Origin: Macrostomum lignano
Taxonomy: Eukaryota
Direction: 5' to 3'
Length of the DNA: 64,000 nt
Assembly (NCBI GenBank): GCA_002269645.1
Contig: NIVC01000296.1
Coordinates: forward strand, 434,001-498,000
Both the position numbers and the translations under genes were made by a program. Positions 63,885-64,000 of this stretch are shown here, in pieces. Position 1 is the first letter of the stretch. Every line of letters begins with the position of its first letter. The notes under the pieces were generated by a model. It was not told where the DNA came from. It ran no database searches and saw nothing but the letters and a program-made list of their open reading frames with translations.

Positions 63885-64000
63885 TAGCAACAACAACAGC
63901 AAAACAGCAGCCAAAGCAGCAACAACAGCAAAACAACAGCCAAAGCAACAACAGCAAAACAGCAGCCAAAGCAGCAACAACAGCAAAACAGCAGCCAAAG
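63885..64000. repeat. CAA/CAG-rich simple repeat running off the window end
   Basis: Directly visible. Confidence 0.85.

Overview
Eukaryotic, repeat-rich animal DNA. GC3-rich, intron-poor genes with minisatellite-filled introns suggest a Macrostomum-like flatworm (inference). All host genes are on the + strand: COX16 (1833-2141); a 3-exon LENG9-like RWD + MJ1316 + 2H-phosphoesterase gene (4356-8360); eIF2-alpha (2 exons, 18688-20343); a small 2-exon single-pass membrane protein (26559-27873); a 5-exon STARD10/PCTP-like gene (33725-52248); and an intronless EGFR-family kinase (56965-60969). There is one tRNA-Gln(CTG) on the - strand. The most interesting feature is an apparently full-length 4.76-kb Ingi/I-group-like non-LTR retrotransposon (35679-40437, -) inside a 30-bp minisatellite in STARD10 intron 3. 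It has a 12-14 bp target-site duplication, a (GAA)n tail and an HDV-like ribozyme fold at its 5' junction. Its single ORF has a ubiquitin-C-terminus mimic (LDHVLRLRGG) just ahead of an APE endonuclease that is split by a ~228-aa PHD-containing insertion, followed by RT, RNase H and a frameshifted zinc knuckle. Also present are a broken LOA-like LINE beside the tRNA gene, tRNA-derived SINEs, several MITEs and many tandem repeats. All structures and splice models were read by eye; no searches were run.
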